In this document: piece by piece, positions 22,488 to 33,439 of the stretch
How the letters are laid out: every line of letters starts with the position of its first letter
How positions within the stretch are numbered: position 1 is the stretch's first letter
Assembly (NCBI RefSeq): GCF_056712565.1
Contig: NZ_CM160072.1
Length of the DNA stretch: 64,000 bases
Reading direction: 5' to 3' (one strand)
The notes under the pieces: model-generated
What the model was told of the DNA's origin: nothing
Database searches by the model: none
What the model saw: only the letters and a program-made list of their open reading frames with translations
Made by a program: the position numbers and the translations under genes

Positions 22488-23336
22488 TCATGCTTCGTCT
22501 GGTTGCCAGCCTTCCGTATACCAGATATGCAACAACGCATAAGAACGCCAAGGTTTCCAGCGCTCGGCATAACGGCGGATTTGTGCCGGTGTCATTCCCG
22601 GAAATCGCTGTTTAATCAGATAATCATCCGGCAGAAAAACATCTTTCGCCTGCCAGCCGCGCAAGGCGAAATAATTCGCCGTCCAGCGCCCGATCCCCGG
22701 AAAAGTTTGCAGTTTTTTCATCGCTTGTTCTACGTCGCCCGGTATTGTCATTGGTAAGGTGCCCTCCAGCGCCGCATTTGCCAGATGAATCAGTGCCTCT
22801 GCCCGTTTCAACGGCATACCTAACGCTTTTAATGCCTGCGGGTCGGCTGCAGCCAGCCGCTGAGGCGTGGGGAAGCAGACATAATCCGGAAAATCATCCA
22901 GCCGTTCGCCATAAAGCTGTGCCACTCTGGCGGTCAATTTTGCCGCCATCGCCACGCTCACCAGTTGGCCTAAAATCGCCCGCACGCCCTGCTCAAAAGC
23001 ATCAACACTGCCGGGTAAACGCAATCCGGGCCGCGCCGCGCCTAACTTGCCCAACGCACCGTTAACAATCTGCGGGTTACATTGCAGATCAAACAGGCAG
23101 CTCATTTTCGCCAGACACTCAGCGGCAACAGGTTCTAAACCTGCACTTAAATTTATGTGCAGAGTATGGCGGGCTATATCCGGAATAGCAGTCACCACGC
23201 CGCGATATTCGCCTACCGCCAGACTACAGGCATAATAACTGTCCGCGCCCGTTTCCACGCTGCTCACCGCACGGGCGGCGAGAAATCCCAACATCCACGA
23301 CCAGTCATACGGCGGCTGCCAGTTCAGGGTATACAT
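22488..23336 (-). CDS. alkA: 3-methyladenine DNA glycosylase II
   Basis: 282-aa ORF MYTLNWQPPYDWSWMLGFLAARAVSSVE. Confidence 0.9.
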   Translation of the reverse strand: MYTLNWQPPYDWSWMLGFLAARAVSSVETGADSYYACSLAVGEYRGVVTAIPDIARHTLHINLSAGLEPVAAECLAKMSCLFDLQCNPQIVNGALGKLGAARPGLRLPGSVDAFEQGVRAILGQLVSVAMAAKLTARVAQLYGERLDDFPDYVCFPTPQRLAAADPQALKALGMPLKRAEALIHLANAALEGTLPMTIPGDVEQAMKKLQTFPGIGRWTANYFALRGWQAKDVFLPDDYLIKQRFPGMTPAQIRRYAERWKPWRSYALLHIWYTEGWQPDEA

Positions 23337-23469
23337 CGCATCTCCTTGTTAATCCGCTTTCAGCATAAACGTTATTCAGACGCTGCGCTTTGCTTTCATA
23401 TTCCGGTTGTCGCGACGGCAACATTTCGCTAAAGTCACGCCCCTTCTTCACCGGCATGGGGATTATTTC

Positions 23470-24822
23470 GTGTTTATTGGTTTTGATTACGGTACAGCAA
23501 ACTGTTCAGTGGCGGTCATGCGCGACGGTAAACCGCATTTGCTAAAAATGGAAAACGACAGCACGCTGCTGCCTTCAATGCTTTGCGCGCCAACGCGTGA
23601 AGCGGTAAGCGAATGGCTGTACCGCCATCATGACGTTCCGGCAGACGACGATGAAACGCAGGCGCTGCTGCGTCGGGCGATTCGTTATAACCGCGAAGAA
23701 GATATCGATGTTACGGCGAAAAGCGTGCAGTTCGGTCTTTCCTCACTGGCACAGTACATTGATGATCCAGAAGAGGTGTGGTTTGTGAAATCACCAAAAT
23801 CGTTCCTCGGTGCCAGCGGCTTAAAACCGCAGCAGGTAGCGCTGTTTGAGGATCTGGTCTGCGCAATGATGTTGCACATTCGCCAGCAGGCGCAGGCTCA
23901 ACTGCCGGAGGCAATTACTCAGGCAGTGATTGGTCGCCCGATCAACTTCCAGGGGCTGGGCAGCGATGAAGCAAACACCCAGGCGCAAGGGATTCTGGAA
24001 CGCGCGGCGAAGCGTGCCGGGTTTAAGGATGTGGTATTCCAGTACGAGCCGGTCGCGGCTGGGCTGGATTACGAAGCCACCTTGCAGGAAGAAAAACGGG
24101 TGCTGGTGGTGGATATCGGCGGTGGTACGACTGACTGTTCTTTACTGCTAATGGGGCCACAGTGGCGTTCGCGCCTCGATCGTGAAGCCAGCCTGCTGGG
24201 TCACAGTGGTTGCCGTATTGGCGGTAACGATCTGGATATCGCACTGGCGTTTAAAAACCTGATGCCGTTACTGGGCATGGGTGGCGAAACCGAAAAAGGC
24301 ATCGCGCTGCCGATTCTGCCGTGGTGGAATGCGGTTGCCATCAACGACGTCCCTGCGCAAAGTGATTTCTACAGTAGTGCCAATGGTCGTCTGCTTAACG
24401 ATCTGGTACGCGATGCCCGCGAACCGGAAAAAGTGGCCCTGTTACAGAAAGTCTGGCGTCAGCGTTTAAGCTATCGCCTGGTACGTAGCGCAGAAGAGAG
24501 CAAAATTGCGCTTTCAAGCGTAGCGGAAACCCGCGCCTCACTGCCGTTTATCAGCGATGAACTGGCTACGCTGATTAGCCAGCAAGGGCTGGAAAGCGCC
24601 CTCAACCAGCCACTGGCGCGAATTCTGGAACAGGTGCAACTGGCGCTGGATAACGCCCAGGAAAAACCGGATGTCATCTATCTGACTGGTGGTAGCGCCC
24701 GATCGCCGCTGATTAAAAAAGCGCTGGCAGAACAGTTGCCGGGCATTCCGATTGCAGGCGGCGATGACTTTGGCTCCGTCACCGCCGGGCTGGCACGCTG
24801 GGCGGAAGTGGTGTTTCGTTAA
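23470..24822 (+). CDS. yegD: Hsp70/actin-fold ATPase YegD
   Basis: ORF 23407..24822; start set at GTG (VFIGFDYGTANCSVAVMRDG) to give ~450 aa. Confidence 0.85.
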   Translation: MFIGFDYGTANCSVAVMRDGKPHLLKMENDSTLLPSMLCAPTREAVSEWLYRHHDVPADDDETQALLRRAIRYNREEDIDVTAKSVQFGLSSLAQYIDDPEEVWFVKSPKSFLGASGLKPQQVALFEDLVCAMMLHIRQQAQAQLPEAITQAVIGRPINFQGLGSDEANTQAQGILERAAKRAGFKDVVFQYEPVAAGLDYEATLQEEKRVLVVDIGGGTTDCSLLLMGPQWRSRLDREASLLGHSGCRIGGNDLDIALAFKNLMPLLGMGGETEKGIALPILPWWNAVAINDVPAQSDFYSSANGRLLNDLVRDAREPEKVALLQKVWRQRLSYRLVRSAEESKIALSSVAETRASLPFISDELATLISQQGLESALNQPLARILEQVQLALDNAQEKPDVIYLTGGSARSPLIKKALAEQLPGIPIAGGDDFGSVTAGLARWAEVVFR

Positions 24823-24834
24823 TTGAAAAATGGC

Positions 24835-26784
24835 TCAGCAGCGGCTTAAATCAGCCTTCGCCTGAGCCAGTTTTTCTGCCGCCTGACGTAGCGGCTCCAT
24901 CAACGGCATGGTCCGTGCTGGAGCATGAAGGCGGAATCGCTGCAACTCTGTCGCACCGACAGTCAACGCCGATTCCAGCCGATGTCGTTTGGCGGTCATT
25001 TTCGCCATTACCGCTTGTCTGTCTGCTGGCGTTACCGCTTCATTCGGCCTGAACACAAAACGGCGTTCGCAACTCGCTTTCCAGTCGATAACCGCCTGGG
25101 TCAGATGATCACCAAAACCTTTTACTTGCTTAACGCTCCGTCGGGTAACGTCTGCCGCCGTTTCAATACCAAAGGACCGTAACGCCGCTTTACGCGCAGG
25201 GCCAACGCCGGGAATAGAGGCAACATCAATAAAAAATCCCTCCAGAAACTTCTGCTTCTGCCGTTCCCTTGCGGTGTCCTGAAGTGCTGCCAGATCGCGC
25301 TTTTCTTCTTCCGGTAACCCAAGAATTTCGTCCTTCATTTTTTCGAGCCTCGCCCGTTTGGCGATAAAACCTTCCAGCCCGCCCAACTGCTGGATCTGGC
25401 TGACTAAATGGTCATAGTCCATTTTCGCGCGATTAAACGCCTCACGGCGTTGCTGGATTTCTGCTTTGTACGCTTTGCTTGTCAGGCTGCCAATAATCCA
25501 GATAGCCGCCAGCACAGGAATCAAAATAATATAACTCGGTTCTGCCTGAAGGCCGCAAAACAACAGCGATAACGCTGACAGTGCGATCTCAATCAGAATG
25601 ATGTATTCGCGCCGTAACAGGCCTAAAGGAAGCGACCTGCCAGTCGGTTGGAAATGATCGGGTAATGGCAATTGCAATGCTGGCGGTGCTACTGATGCCA
25701 TCACCATCGCCCAGACTCTCGCCAGCACAAAATCACCGCCGGTGGTAATGACCTCTTCACCGAGATCAATAAAATAGATAACGCCTTGATTATCCAGCGC
25801 ACACCACGGGCAGTCAGTCAAATGAGCGGGGTAAACATGCATTGCCGAAACGGTACATTTCTTTAACTGTTGGCGTAGTAAATCAAGTGCCGCTACCCAC
25901 GCTTTTGCCGTCGGACGCCCGGTTGCCACGCCACTTTCCGTGAATGCCTGCTGAAACATGGCTTCAACATCGCCCGGTAACATCGACAGCGGAATCGATC
26001 GTGGCGGCGGTTTTAAACCACGTCGCTGATTATCTGAGGCGTAGGCATAACGGAAATGGGCAATATCCGTCTCCAGCGCATTACCTGCATCAGAGATAAG
26101 CGGTACACCGGAATAAGGATGCCGCCCACCAAACAAGATGTGAAATATCAGCAACGCAAGGCCAAAATTATCGTGATTTTCTGTGCGTTCAAAGCCGACA
26201 AATGATGGCATGGTTTGCAGCTCTGGCGGCGTAAAATGCGACACGCCGACTTCGCATAAATGCAGTGTACCATTGGCATTAATCTGAAAGGAGTCGCTAT
26301 CAATCAACACCACTTTGCTGTCGCGACCTACCATAAAGCTGTTCTGGTTTACGTCACCCACGACGTGCCCGTGCTCATGAACAGTAGCAAAAGATGAAGC
26401 AATATTGCGCGCAACATAGAGTAGAAAATCCCACGCACAATGAGGGTAACTCTGGCGACGATGTGCCGGGCTATAGATCATATGAATCGGTTCTTTACCA
26501 GAAACTTTTGGCATCATAAAACCGATAACTTTTCCGCCTCGTCCACCGTGAAGCGTTGCCTGCGGCCAGGCGACATAATTCAACAACTGCGCGTCAGCTG
26601 TCGCAGCCATAAAGGCAAGTTTGTCCTGTTTTAAGGCGGGTGGCGGCGTGTGATAAATCTTGGCGACGCTATCGACAAACTCCTCGATATCATAAACCGC
26701 ACCTTCGCCGCCTTTGCCCAGTTCACGGCCAGGCGTAACGCACTCACCAGTAGCAGTATATAAAGTGGGTTTCATGGTAACCAC
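24835..26784 (-). CDS. yegI: Ser/Thr protein kinase-like protein YegI
   Basis: 649-aa ORF; kinase-like N-terminal half, predicted TM segment, C-terminal helix-hairpin-helix-like region; start may be MKPTLYT. Confidence 0.85.
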   Translation of the reverse strand: MVTMKPTLYTATGECVTPGRELGKGGEGAVYDIEEFVDSVAKIYHTPPPALKQDKLAFMAATADAQLLNYVAWPQATLHGGRGGKVIGFMMPKVSGKEPIHMIYSPAHRRQSYPHCAWDFLLYVARNIASSFATVHEHGHVVGDVNQNSFMVGRDSKVVLIDSDSFQINANGTLHLCEVGVSHFTPPELQTMPSFVGFERTENHDNFGLALLIFHILFGGRHPYSGVPLISDAGNALETDIAHFRYAYASDNQRRGLKPPPRSIPLSMLPGDVEAMFQQAFTESGVATGRPTAKAWVAALDLLRQQLKKCTVSAMHVYPAHLTDCPWCALDNQGVIYFIDLGEEVITTGGDFVLARVWAMVMASVAPPALQLPLPDHFQPTGRSLPLGLLRREYIILIEIALSALSLLFCGLQAEPSYIILIPVLAAIWIIGSLTSKAYKAEIQQRREAFNRAKMDYDHLVSQIQQLGGLEGFIAKRARLEKMKDEILGLPEEEKRDLAALQDTARERQKQKFLEGFFIDVASIPGVGPARKAALRSFGIETAADVTRRSVKQVKGFGDHLTQAVIDWKASCERRFVFRPNEAVTPADRQAVMAKMTAKRHRLESALTVGATELQRFRLHAPARTMPLMEPLRQAAEKLAQAKADLSRC

Positions 26785-27533
26785 AGCGCCAGTGCCAACG
26801 TTTTATCATCATCCGTACGCTCGTTTACCGCCGGGCTGGACAAAAACTGCTTTAACAATTCAGGTAATAAATCGAGTTGTTCCTGCGTTGCTGACGCCAG
26901 TCCATTGAAAAACGGGGTAAAGAAAGGCACATGCGGAGAATTATCCAGCATATTTAACGCCAGTCGCTGAATACCATCCGTAAATGCTGCAACTTTGTGC
27001 GCACGCTCAGTGCTGGTGAAAGTTTCCAGTCTGGAAACGGCATCTTCATCGGTAATGAAGTGCGTCATATTGGTATATTCACCCACCATCGGCGTGAGCG
27101 GCAGTTGCAAACCGTGCCCCAAATCTACCACCACGCCGCCATCGCCAATCTGCATAATCAAGGTGCCATTAGCTGATGAAATCAATCCCAAAAACGTGCA
27201 GGCAAAATCGCGAACCGCTAATTCTTTGGCTTCCGCCTCGGCAAAAAGTCGCTGACGAATGGTCAGCACAATGTCCGTTGCGAGGACATCATTAAGCCCC
27301 AATTCCCCGCCCTGCATTTTTTGCGACATATAAGCCATCGCTTCATTGACGGCGAGCATCGCACCTTCGCCACCCTGCGAGACGCTGCCTGCGCCATCAG
27401 CGACAAATACCGACAATAATGGCTGCTGGTCATTTAGCCAGGCAACCTGCATCTGGCAGGCATCCTGGCAAGGCAAATCAGCGCTAATATGCGACGTTCC
27501 AACGGCTGATGCATAGACCAGTCGCCAGCTCAC
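26772..27533 (-). CDS. pphC: PP2C-family Ser/Thr phosphatase PphC (YegK)
   Basis: 253-aa [29 protein letters not shown]; overlaps yegI start and yegL stop. Confidence 0.85.
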   Translation of the reverse strand: MSWRLVYASAVGTSHISADLPCQDACQMQVAWLNDQQPLLSVFVADGAGSVSQGGEGAMLAVNEAMAYMSQKMQGGELGLNDVLATDIVLTIRQRLFAEAEAKELAVRDFACTFLGLISSANGTLIMQIGDGGVVVDLGHGLQLPLTPMVGEYTNMTHFITDEDAVSRLETFTSTERAHKVAAFTDGIQRLALNMLDNSPHVPFFTPFFNGLASATQEQLDLLPELLKQFLSSPAVNERTDDDKTLALALWLP

Positions 27534-28189
27534 ACTGACGTCCAGCCTTTTGGCGCTTCCAGCACAACTTCCGTTCCCGGCGTGGAGCGGGAAACCGAAC
27601 GCAGCGAACTGGATAACCAGCTAAACAGTTCACGGAATTGTAATCCCTGCAGAGACAAAGGCTGACGGACGCTGATTTGGGCCAGCGTCTTCATATCCGC
27701 CCCCTGAACACCGATGGTAAAGAAGGCAAACTTCTTATCTTCTTCCCCCTGAAACACTTTGTTGGCGGCAGCCTGCCACTCATCGGTTGGTGCGCCATCG
27801 GTGATCAGGAAAATCCACGGACGATAATAGGAAATACCATTGGCACGATATTCACGTTTCCGCTCCTCAACCATATCCAGGGCTTTGGTAATGGCAGCGC
27901 CCATTGGTGTATCGCCCTGGGCAAACAGGATGGGCGGGAAAAAATTAGCGGCGCTGGTAAAGGGTTGTTCCACATGCACCGGGCCGAACGTCACAATGCC
28001 GAGTTCCACTCTTTTTAAGGCCAGCGAATCGGCAAGCAGCTCATCGCGAAAGGTAACCAATCCGGTGTTAAGTTCATTAATGGGTCTGCCGCTCATCGAG
28101 CCAGAAACATCCAGCAGCAAAATGCAGGGGCAACGTGGTTCCGGGTTACTGGCAAAATCGCTGGTGGCAAACGTGATTTGTTCGCTCAT
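27530..28189 (-). CDS. yegL: von Willebrand factor A domain protein YegL
   Basis: 219-aa ORF with vWA MIDAS-like motif DVSGSMSG. Confidence 0.8.
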   Translation of the reverse strand: MSEQITFATSDFASNPEPRCPCILLLDVSGSMSGRPINELNTGLVTFRDELLADSLALKRVELGIVTFGPVHVEQPFTSAANFFPPILFAQGDTPMGAAITKALDMVEERKREYRANGISYYRPWIFLITDGAPTDEWQAAANKVFQGEEDKKFAFFTIGVQGADMKTLAQISVRQPLSLQGLQFRELFSWLSSSLRSVSRSTPGTEVVLEAPKGWTSV

Positions 28190-28362
28190 AAGAAATCCTT
28201 TCTTAGAGAATTATTGAGGTCCGGTATCATACCGATTGCAATAATGAAATAAGAGCAAACGAAGAAACTTTCAGAATTAGGCCCGGCGGCGCAGAAAATT
28301 TTGCTATTCGCCTCGCAAGAACGGAGAGCCGTCGATTGACACTAAGGGCGGAGTGACATAAT

Positions 28363-28513
28363 TTCAGGAGTGAGGGTAGAGCGGGGTTTCCCCCGCCCTG
28401 GTAGTCTTAGTAAGCTGGCCAGCTAATGACTAAGAGCACCACGATGATGAGTAGCTTCATCATGACCCTTTCCTTATTTAAGGCCCCTTCCTCGGGAGGG
28501 GCTTTCCCGTTTC
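28363..28513 (+). ncRNA. sibA: Sib antisense sRNA, copy 1 (approximate ends)
   Basis: Plus-strand transcript antisense to the ibs ORF, ending at the GC hairpin ggcccc...gggaggggc followed by a short T-run (28481..28513). Confidence 0.45.
28407..28463 (-). CDS. ibsA: Ibs-family type I toxin, 18 aa (MMKLLIIVVLLVISWPAY)
   Basis: Minus-strand ATGATGAAGCTACTCATCATCGTGGTGCTCTTAGTCATTAGCTGGCCAGCTTACTAA, read by hand; too short for the ORF track; A/B assignment is by position only. Confidence 0.7.
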   Translation of the reverse strand: MMKLLIIVVLLVISWPAY

Positions 28514-28690
28514 AGCGTCCCGCTGAAATCTTCGGCTTACCTCCTTTCGCCCTGTATGCAGTCTATCGCTGACTTGCGGATAAAATAGTTTCAAGTGTGA
28601 TTATTGCGTAACGACTCGCAAAGAATATTTGCTGGCAGGATCGCAGACTGCAAAGTCTGCGGATTGACAATTGGACCGTGAAGGCATACT

Positions 28691-28841
28691 TTCAGGAGTG
28701 AGGGTAGAGCGGGGTTTCCCCCGCCCTGGTAGTCTTAGTATGCTGGGTAGCTAATGACTAAGAGCACCACGATGATGAGTATCTTCATCATGACCCTTTC
28801 CTTATTTAAGGCCCCTTCCTCGGGAGGGGCTTTTCCGTTTC
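28691..28841 (+). ncRNA. sibB: Sib antisense sRNA, copy 2 (approximate ends)
   Basis: Second repeat unit; same hairpin terminator at 28809..28841. Confidence 0.45.
28735..28791 (-). CDS. ibsB: Ibs-family type I toxin, 18 aa (MMKILIIVVLLVISYPAY)
   Basis: Minus-strand small ORF within second repeat unit, read by hand. Confidence 0.7.
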   Translation of the reverse strand: MMKILIIVVLLVISYPAY

Positions 28842-28998
28842 AGCGTCCCGCTGAAATCGTCGGCTTATCTCCTTTCGCCATGCAAGCAGTCTATCGCTAA
28901 CGCGTAGATAAAATAGTTTCATGTGTTATTACTGGATGCGTGCTCGCAAATGTGCCCGTCATTCAGACGATTCCCGACAGTGTTTCATAATTCCTCCA

Positions 28999-29016
28999 TT
29001 TTTCTCCCTTATTGGC
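28999..29016 (+). promoter_or_regulatory. BaeR box upstream of mdtA (tttttctcccttattggc)
   Basis: Matches the BaeR consensus TTTTTCTCCATDATTGGC as I recall it, ~55 nt upstream of the mdtA start. Confidence 0.6.
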
Positions 29017-29069
29017 TGGCTACACTAGTATCATTCCGCGAAACGTTTCAGGAAGAGAAACTCTTAACG

Positions 29070-30317
29070 ATGAAAGGCAGTTATAAATCCCGTTGGGTAA
29101 TCGTAATCGTGGTGGTTATCGCCGCCATCGCCGCATTCTGGTTCTGGCAAGGCCGCAATGACTCCCAGAGTGCAGCCCCTGGGGCGACGAAACAAGCGCA
29201 GCAATCGCCAGCGGGTGGTCGCCGTGGTATGCGTGCCGGCCCATTAGCTCCGGTTCAGGCGGCGACCGCAGTAGAACAGGCTGTTCCGCGTTACCTCACC
29301 GGGCTTGGCACCATTACCGCCGCTAATACTGTTACGGTGCGCAGCCGCGTGGACGGTCAACTGATGGCGTTACATTTCCAGGAAGGCCAGCAGGTCAAAG
29401 CAGGCGATTTACTGGCAGAAATTGACCCAAGTCAGTTCAAAGTTGCATTAGCACAAGCCCAGGGCCAACTGGCAAAAGATAAAGCCACGCTCGCCAACGC
29501 CCGCCGTGACCTGTCGCGTTATCAACAACTGGCAAAAACCAATCTCGTATCTCGTCAGGAACTGGATGCCCAACAAGCGCTGGTCAGTGAAACCGAAGGT
29601 ACCATTAAGGCTGATGAAGCAAGCGTCGCCAGCGCGCAATTGCAACTCGACTGGAGCCGTATCACCGCACCAGTTGATGGTCGCGTTGGTCTCAAGCAGG
29701 TTGATGTTGGTAACCAAATCTCCAGTGGCGACACCACCGGGATTGTGGTGATCACCCAAACACATCCTATCGATCTGGTCTTTACTCTGCCGGAAAGCGA
29801 TATCGCCACCGTTGTACAGGCGCAAAAAGCCGGAAAACCGCTGGTGGTAGAAGCCTGGGATCGCACCAACTCGAAGAAGTTAAGTGAAGGCACGCTGTTA
29901 AGTCTCGATAACCAAATCGATGCCACTACCGGTACGATTAAAGTGAAAGCTCGCTTTAATAATCAGGATGATGCGCTTTTCCCTAATCAGTTTGTTAACG
30001 CTCGCATGTTAGTCGATACCGAACAAAACGCCGTGGTGATCCCCACCGCCGCACTGCAAATGGGCAACGAAGGCCATTTTGTCTGGGTACTGAATAGCGA
30101 AAACAAAGTCAGCAAACATCTGGTGACACCGGGCATTCAGGACAGTCAGAAAGTGGTGATCCGCGCAGGTATTTCTGCGGGCGATCGCGTAGTGACGGAC
30201 GGCATTGATCGCCTGACCGAAGGGGCGAAAGTGGAAGTGGTGGAAGCCCAGAGCACCACTACTCCGGAAGAGAAAGCCACCAGCCGCGAATACGCGAAAA
30301 AAGGAGCGCGCTCCTGA
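29070..30317 (+). CDS. mdtA: Multidrug efflux membrane-fusion (periplasmic adaptor) protein MdtA
   Basis: ORF 28923..30317; start set at [28 protein letters not shown]. Confidence 0.93.
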   Translation: MKGSYKSRWVIVIVVVIAAIAAFWFWQGRNDSQSAAPGATKQAQQSPAGGRRGMRAGPLAPVQAATAVEQAVPRYLTGLGTITAANTVTVRSRVDGQLMALHFQEGQQVKAGDLLAEIDPSQFKVALAQAQGQLAKDKATLANARRDLSRYQQLAKTNLVSRQELDAQQALVSETEGTIKADEASVASAQLQLDWSRITAPVDGRVGLKQVDVGNQISSGDTTGIVVITQTHPIDLVFTLPESDIATVVQAQKAGKPLVVEAWDRTNSKKLSEGTLLSLDNQIDATTGTIKVKARFNNQDDALFPNQFVNARMLVDTEQNAVVIPTAALQMGNEGHFVWVLNSENKVSKHLVTPGIQDSQKVVIRAGISAGDRVVTDGIDRLTEGAKVEVVEAQSTTTPEEKATSREYAKKGARS

Positions 30318-33300
30318 TGCAGGTGTTACCTCCGAGCAGCACAGGCGGCCCGTCGCGCCTGTTTATTATGCGTCCTGTCGCCACCACGCTGCTGATGGTG
30401 GCGATCTTACTCGCCGGGATTATCGGTTATCGCGCCCTGCCCGTTTCGGCACTGCCGGAAGTGGATTATCCGACCATTCAGGTGGTCACGCTCTACCCAG
30501 GTGCAAGCCCGGATGTCATGACCTCTGCCGTTACCGCGCCGCTCGAACGCCAGTTTGGGCAGATGTCCGGCCTGAAACAAATGTCGTCGCAAAGTTCCGG
30601 CGGTGCGTCAGTTATCACTTTACAGTTCCAGCTAACCTTACCGCTGGATGTCGCCGAGCAGGAAGTGCAGGCCGCGATTAACGCTGCCACTAACCTGTTG
30701 CCGAGCGATCTGCCTAACCCGCCGGTTTACAGCAAAGTGAACCCGGCAGATCCGCCGATCATGACGCTCGCCGTCACCTCAACCGCCATGCCGATGACCC
30801 AGGTGGAAGATATGGTGGAAACCCGCGTCGCGCAGAAAATCTCGCAGATTTCCGGCGTAGGGCTGGTCACGCTTTCCGGCGGCCAGCGTCCGGCTGTTCG
30901 CGTCAAACTTAACGCTCAGGCGATTGCCGCCCTCGGTCTGACCAGCGAAACCGTGCGCACCGCTATTACCGGCGCTAACGTTAACTCGGCAAAAGGGAGC
31001 CTCGACGGCCCTTCCCGCGCGGTCACGCTTTCCGCGAACGACCAGATGCAATCCGCCGAAGAGTATCGCCAGCTAATCATCGCCTACCAGAACGGCGCAC
31101 CGATTCGTCTGGGCGATGTCGCAACCGTAGAGCAAGGAGCAGAAAACAGCTGGCTCGGCGCGTGGGCGAACAAAGAACAGGCCATTGTGATGAATGTCCA
31201 GCGCCAGCCCGGTGCTAACATTATCTCCACCGCCGACAGCATCCGGCAGATGCTACCACAGCTCACCGAGAGTCTGCCGAAATCGGTGAAGGTGACGGTA
31301 CTTTCTGACCGTACCACCAATATCCGCGCATCGGTCGACGATACCCAGTTTGAGCTGATGATGGCTATCGCGCTGGTAGTCATGATTATCTACCTGTTTT
31401 TGCGCAATATTCCGGCGACCATCATTCCCGGCGTCGCAGTGCCGCTGTCGTTAATCGGCACCTTCGCGGTCATGGTGTTTCTCGATTTTTCAATCAATAA
31501 CCTGACGCTGATGGCGTTAACTATCGCCACCGGATTTGTGGTCGATGACGCCATCGTGGTGATCGAAAACATTTCCCGCTATATCGAAAAAGGCGAAAAA
31601 CCGCTGGCGGCGGCGCTCAAGGGCGCGGGTGAAATCGGCTTTACCATTATCTCGCTGACCTTCTCGCTGATTGCGGTGTTGATCCCCCTGCTGTTTATGG
31701 GCGATATCGTCGGGCGACTGTTCCGCGAATTTGCTATTACCCTGGCAGTCGCGATTTTGATCTCAGCGGTGGTGTCGCTAACCCTGACACCGATGATGTG
31801 CGCACGGATGCTCAGCCAGGAGTCGCTGCGTAAACAGAACCGCTTCTCCCGTGCCTCGGAGAAAATGTTCGACAGGATAATCGCCGCCTATGGTCGTGGA
31901 CTGGCGAAAGTGCTGAATCATCCGTGGCTGACCTTAAGCGTGGCGCTCAGCACGCTGCTGCTTAGCGTGCTGCTGTGGGTGTTCATTCCGAAAGGTTTCT
32001 TCCCGGTGCAGGACAACGGCATTATTCAGGGCACTTTGCAGGCACCGCAATCCAGCTCCTTTGCCAATATGGCCCAGCGGCAACGCCAGGTCGCGGACGT
32101 GATTTTGCAGGATCCGGCAGTGCAAAGTTTGACCTCATTTGTTGGCGTTGATGGCACTAACCCGTCGCTGAACAGTGCGCGTTTACAGATCAATCTCAAA
32201 CCACTGGATGAACGAGATGACCGGGTGCAAAAAGTCATCGCCCGTCTGCAAACGGCGGTGGATAAAGTGCCGGGCGTCGATCTCTTCCTGCAACCAACGC
32301 AGGACCTGACTATTGATACTCAGGTCAGCCGCACCCAGTACCAGTTTACCTTGCAGGCCACGTCACTGGATGCGCTCAGTACCTGGGTGCCACAGTTGAT
32401 GGAAAAACTCCAGCAGCTGCCACAGCTTTCTGATGTCTCCAGCGACTGGCAGGACAAAGGGCTGGTGGCGTATGTCAATGTCGACAGGGACAGCGCCAGC
32501 CGTCTGGGGATCAGCATGGCGGATGTCGATAACGCCCTGTACAACGCGTTTGGTCAGCGACTGATTTCCACTATTTATACTCAGGCTAACCAGTATCGCG
32601 TGGTACTGGAACACAACACCGAAAATACCCCAGGCCTCGCGGCGCTGGATACCATTCGCCTGACCAGCAGCGACGGTGGCGTGGTGCCGTTAAGCTCAAT
32701 TGCCAAAATTGAGCAGCGTTTTGCGCCGCTTTCCATCAACCATCTGGATCAGTTCCCGGTAACGACTATCTCCTTTAACGTGCCGGATAACTATTCGCTG
32801 GGCGATGCGGTGCAAGCGATTATGGACACAGAGAAGACGCTGAATCTGCCGGTGGATATCACCACGCAGTTCCAGGGCAGCACCCTCGCCTTCCAGTCAG
32901 CGCTGGGCAGCACTGTCTGGCTGATTGTCGCGGCGGTGGTGGCGATGTATATCGTGCTCGGCATTCTGTACGAGAGCTTTATTCACCCGATCACCATTCT
33001 CTCGACGCTACCCACCGCAGGGGTCGGCGCGCTGCTGGCGTTAATGATTGCCGGTAGCGAACTGGATGTGATTGCCATTATCGGCATTATTTTGCTGATC
33101 GGTATCGTGAAGAAGAACGCCATCATGATGATCGACTTCGCGCTGGCTGCTGAGCGCGAGCAAGGCATGTCGCCGCGCGAAGCTATTTACCAGGCTTGTC
33201 TGTTGCGTTTTCGTCCGATCCTGATGACCACTCTGGCGGCTCTGCTTGGTGCGCTGCCGCTGATGTTGAGTACCGGGGTCGGCGCGGAACTGCGTCGTCC

Positions 33301-33439
33301 GTTAGGTATCGGCATGGTCGGCGGTCTGATTGTCAGCCAGGTGCTGACGCTGTTTACCACGCCGGTGATTTATCTGCTGTTCGACCGTCTGGCATTGTGG
33401 ACCAAAAGCCGCTTTGCCCGTCATGAAGAGGAGGCGTAA
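30317..33439 (+). CDS. mdtB: RND multidrug efflux transporter MdtB
   Basis: 1040-aa ORF with 12-TM RND architecture. Confidence 0.95.
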   Translation: MQVLPPSSTGGPSRLFIMRPVATTLLMVAILLAGIIGYRALPVSALPEVDYPTIQVVTLYPGASPDVMTSAVTAPLERQFGQMSGLKQMSSQSSGGASVITLQFQLTLPLDVAEQEVQAAINAATNLLPSDLPNPPVYSKVNPADPPIMTLAVTSTAMPMTQVEDMVETRVAQKISQISGVGLVTLSGGQRPAVRVKLNAQAIAALGLTSETVRTAITGANVNSAKGSLDGPSRAVTLSANDQMQSAEEYRQLIIAYQNGAPIRLGDVATVEQGAENSWLGAWANKEQAIVMNVQRQPGANIISTADSIRQMLPQLTESLPKSVKVTVLSDRTTNIRASVDDTQFELMMAIALVVMIIYLFLRNIPATIIPGVAVPLSLIGTFAVMVFLDFSINNLTLMALTIATGFVVDDAIVVIENISRYIEKGEKPLAAALKGAGEIGFTIISLTFSLIAVLIPLLFMGDIVGRLFREFAITLAVAILISAVVSLTLTPMMCARMLSQESLRKQNRFSRASEKMFDRIIAAYGRGLAKVLNHPWLTLSVALSTLLLSVLLWVFIPKGFFPVQDNGIIQGTLQAPQSSSFANMAQRQRQVADVILQDPAVQSLTSFVGVDGTNPSLNSARLQINLKPLDERDDRVQKVIARLQTAVDKVPGVDLFLQPTQDLTIDTQVSRTQYQFTLQATSLDALSTWVPQLMEKLQQLPQLSDVSSDWQDKGLVAYVNVDRDSASRLGISMADVDNALYNAFGQRLISTIYTQANQYRVVLEHNTENTPGLAALDTIRLTSSDGGVVPLSSIAKIEQRFAPLSINHLDQFPVTTISFNVPDNYSLGDAVQAIMDTEKTLNLPVDITTQFQGSTLAFQSALGSTVWLIVAAVVAMYIVLGILYESFIHPITILSTLPTAGVGALLALMIAGSELDVIAIIGIILLIGIVKKNAIMMIDFALAAEREQGMSPREAIYQACLLRFRPILMTTLAALLGALPLMLSTGVGAELRRPLGIGMVGGLIVSQVLTLFTTPVIYLLFDRLALWTKSRFARHEEEA

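Larger units (their letters stand above)
28355..28925. repeat. Two ~235-bp near-identical direct repeats (sib/ibs type I TA repeat units)
   Basis: 28361..28595 and 28691..28921 align almost base for base (tttcaggagtgagggtagagcggggtttccc ... aaaatagtttca). Confidence 0.9.

Noticed and set aside
28355-28925. Possibility that the two near-identical repeats are a CRISPR array
   Set aside because: Only two copies of ~235 bp each, each containing a small toxin ORF and antisense RNA with terminator; no short repeat-spacer periodicity and no cas genes nearby.
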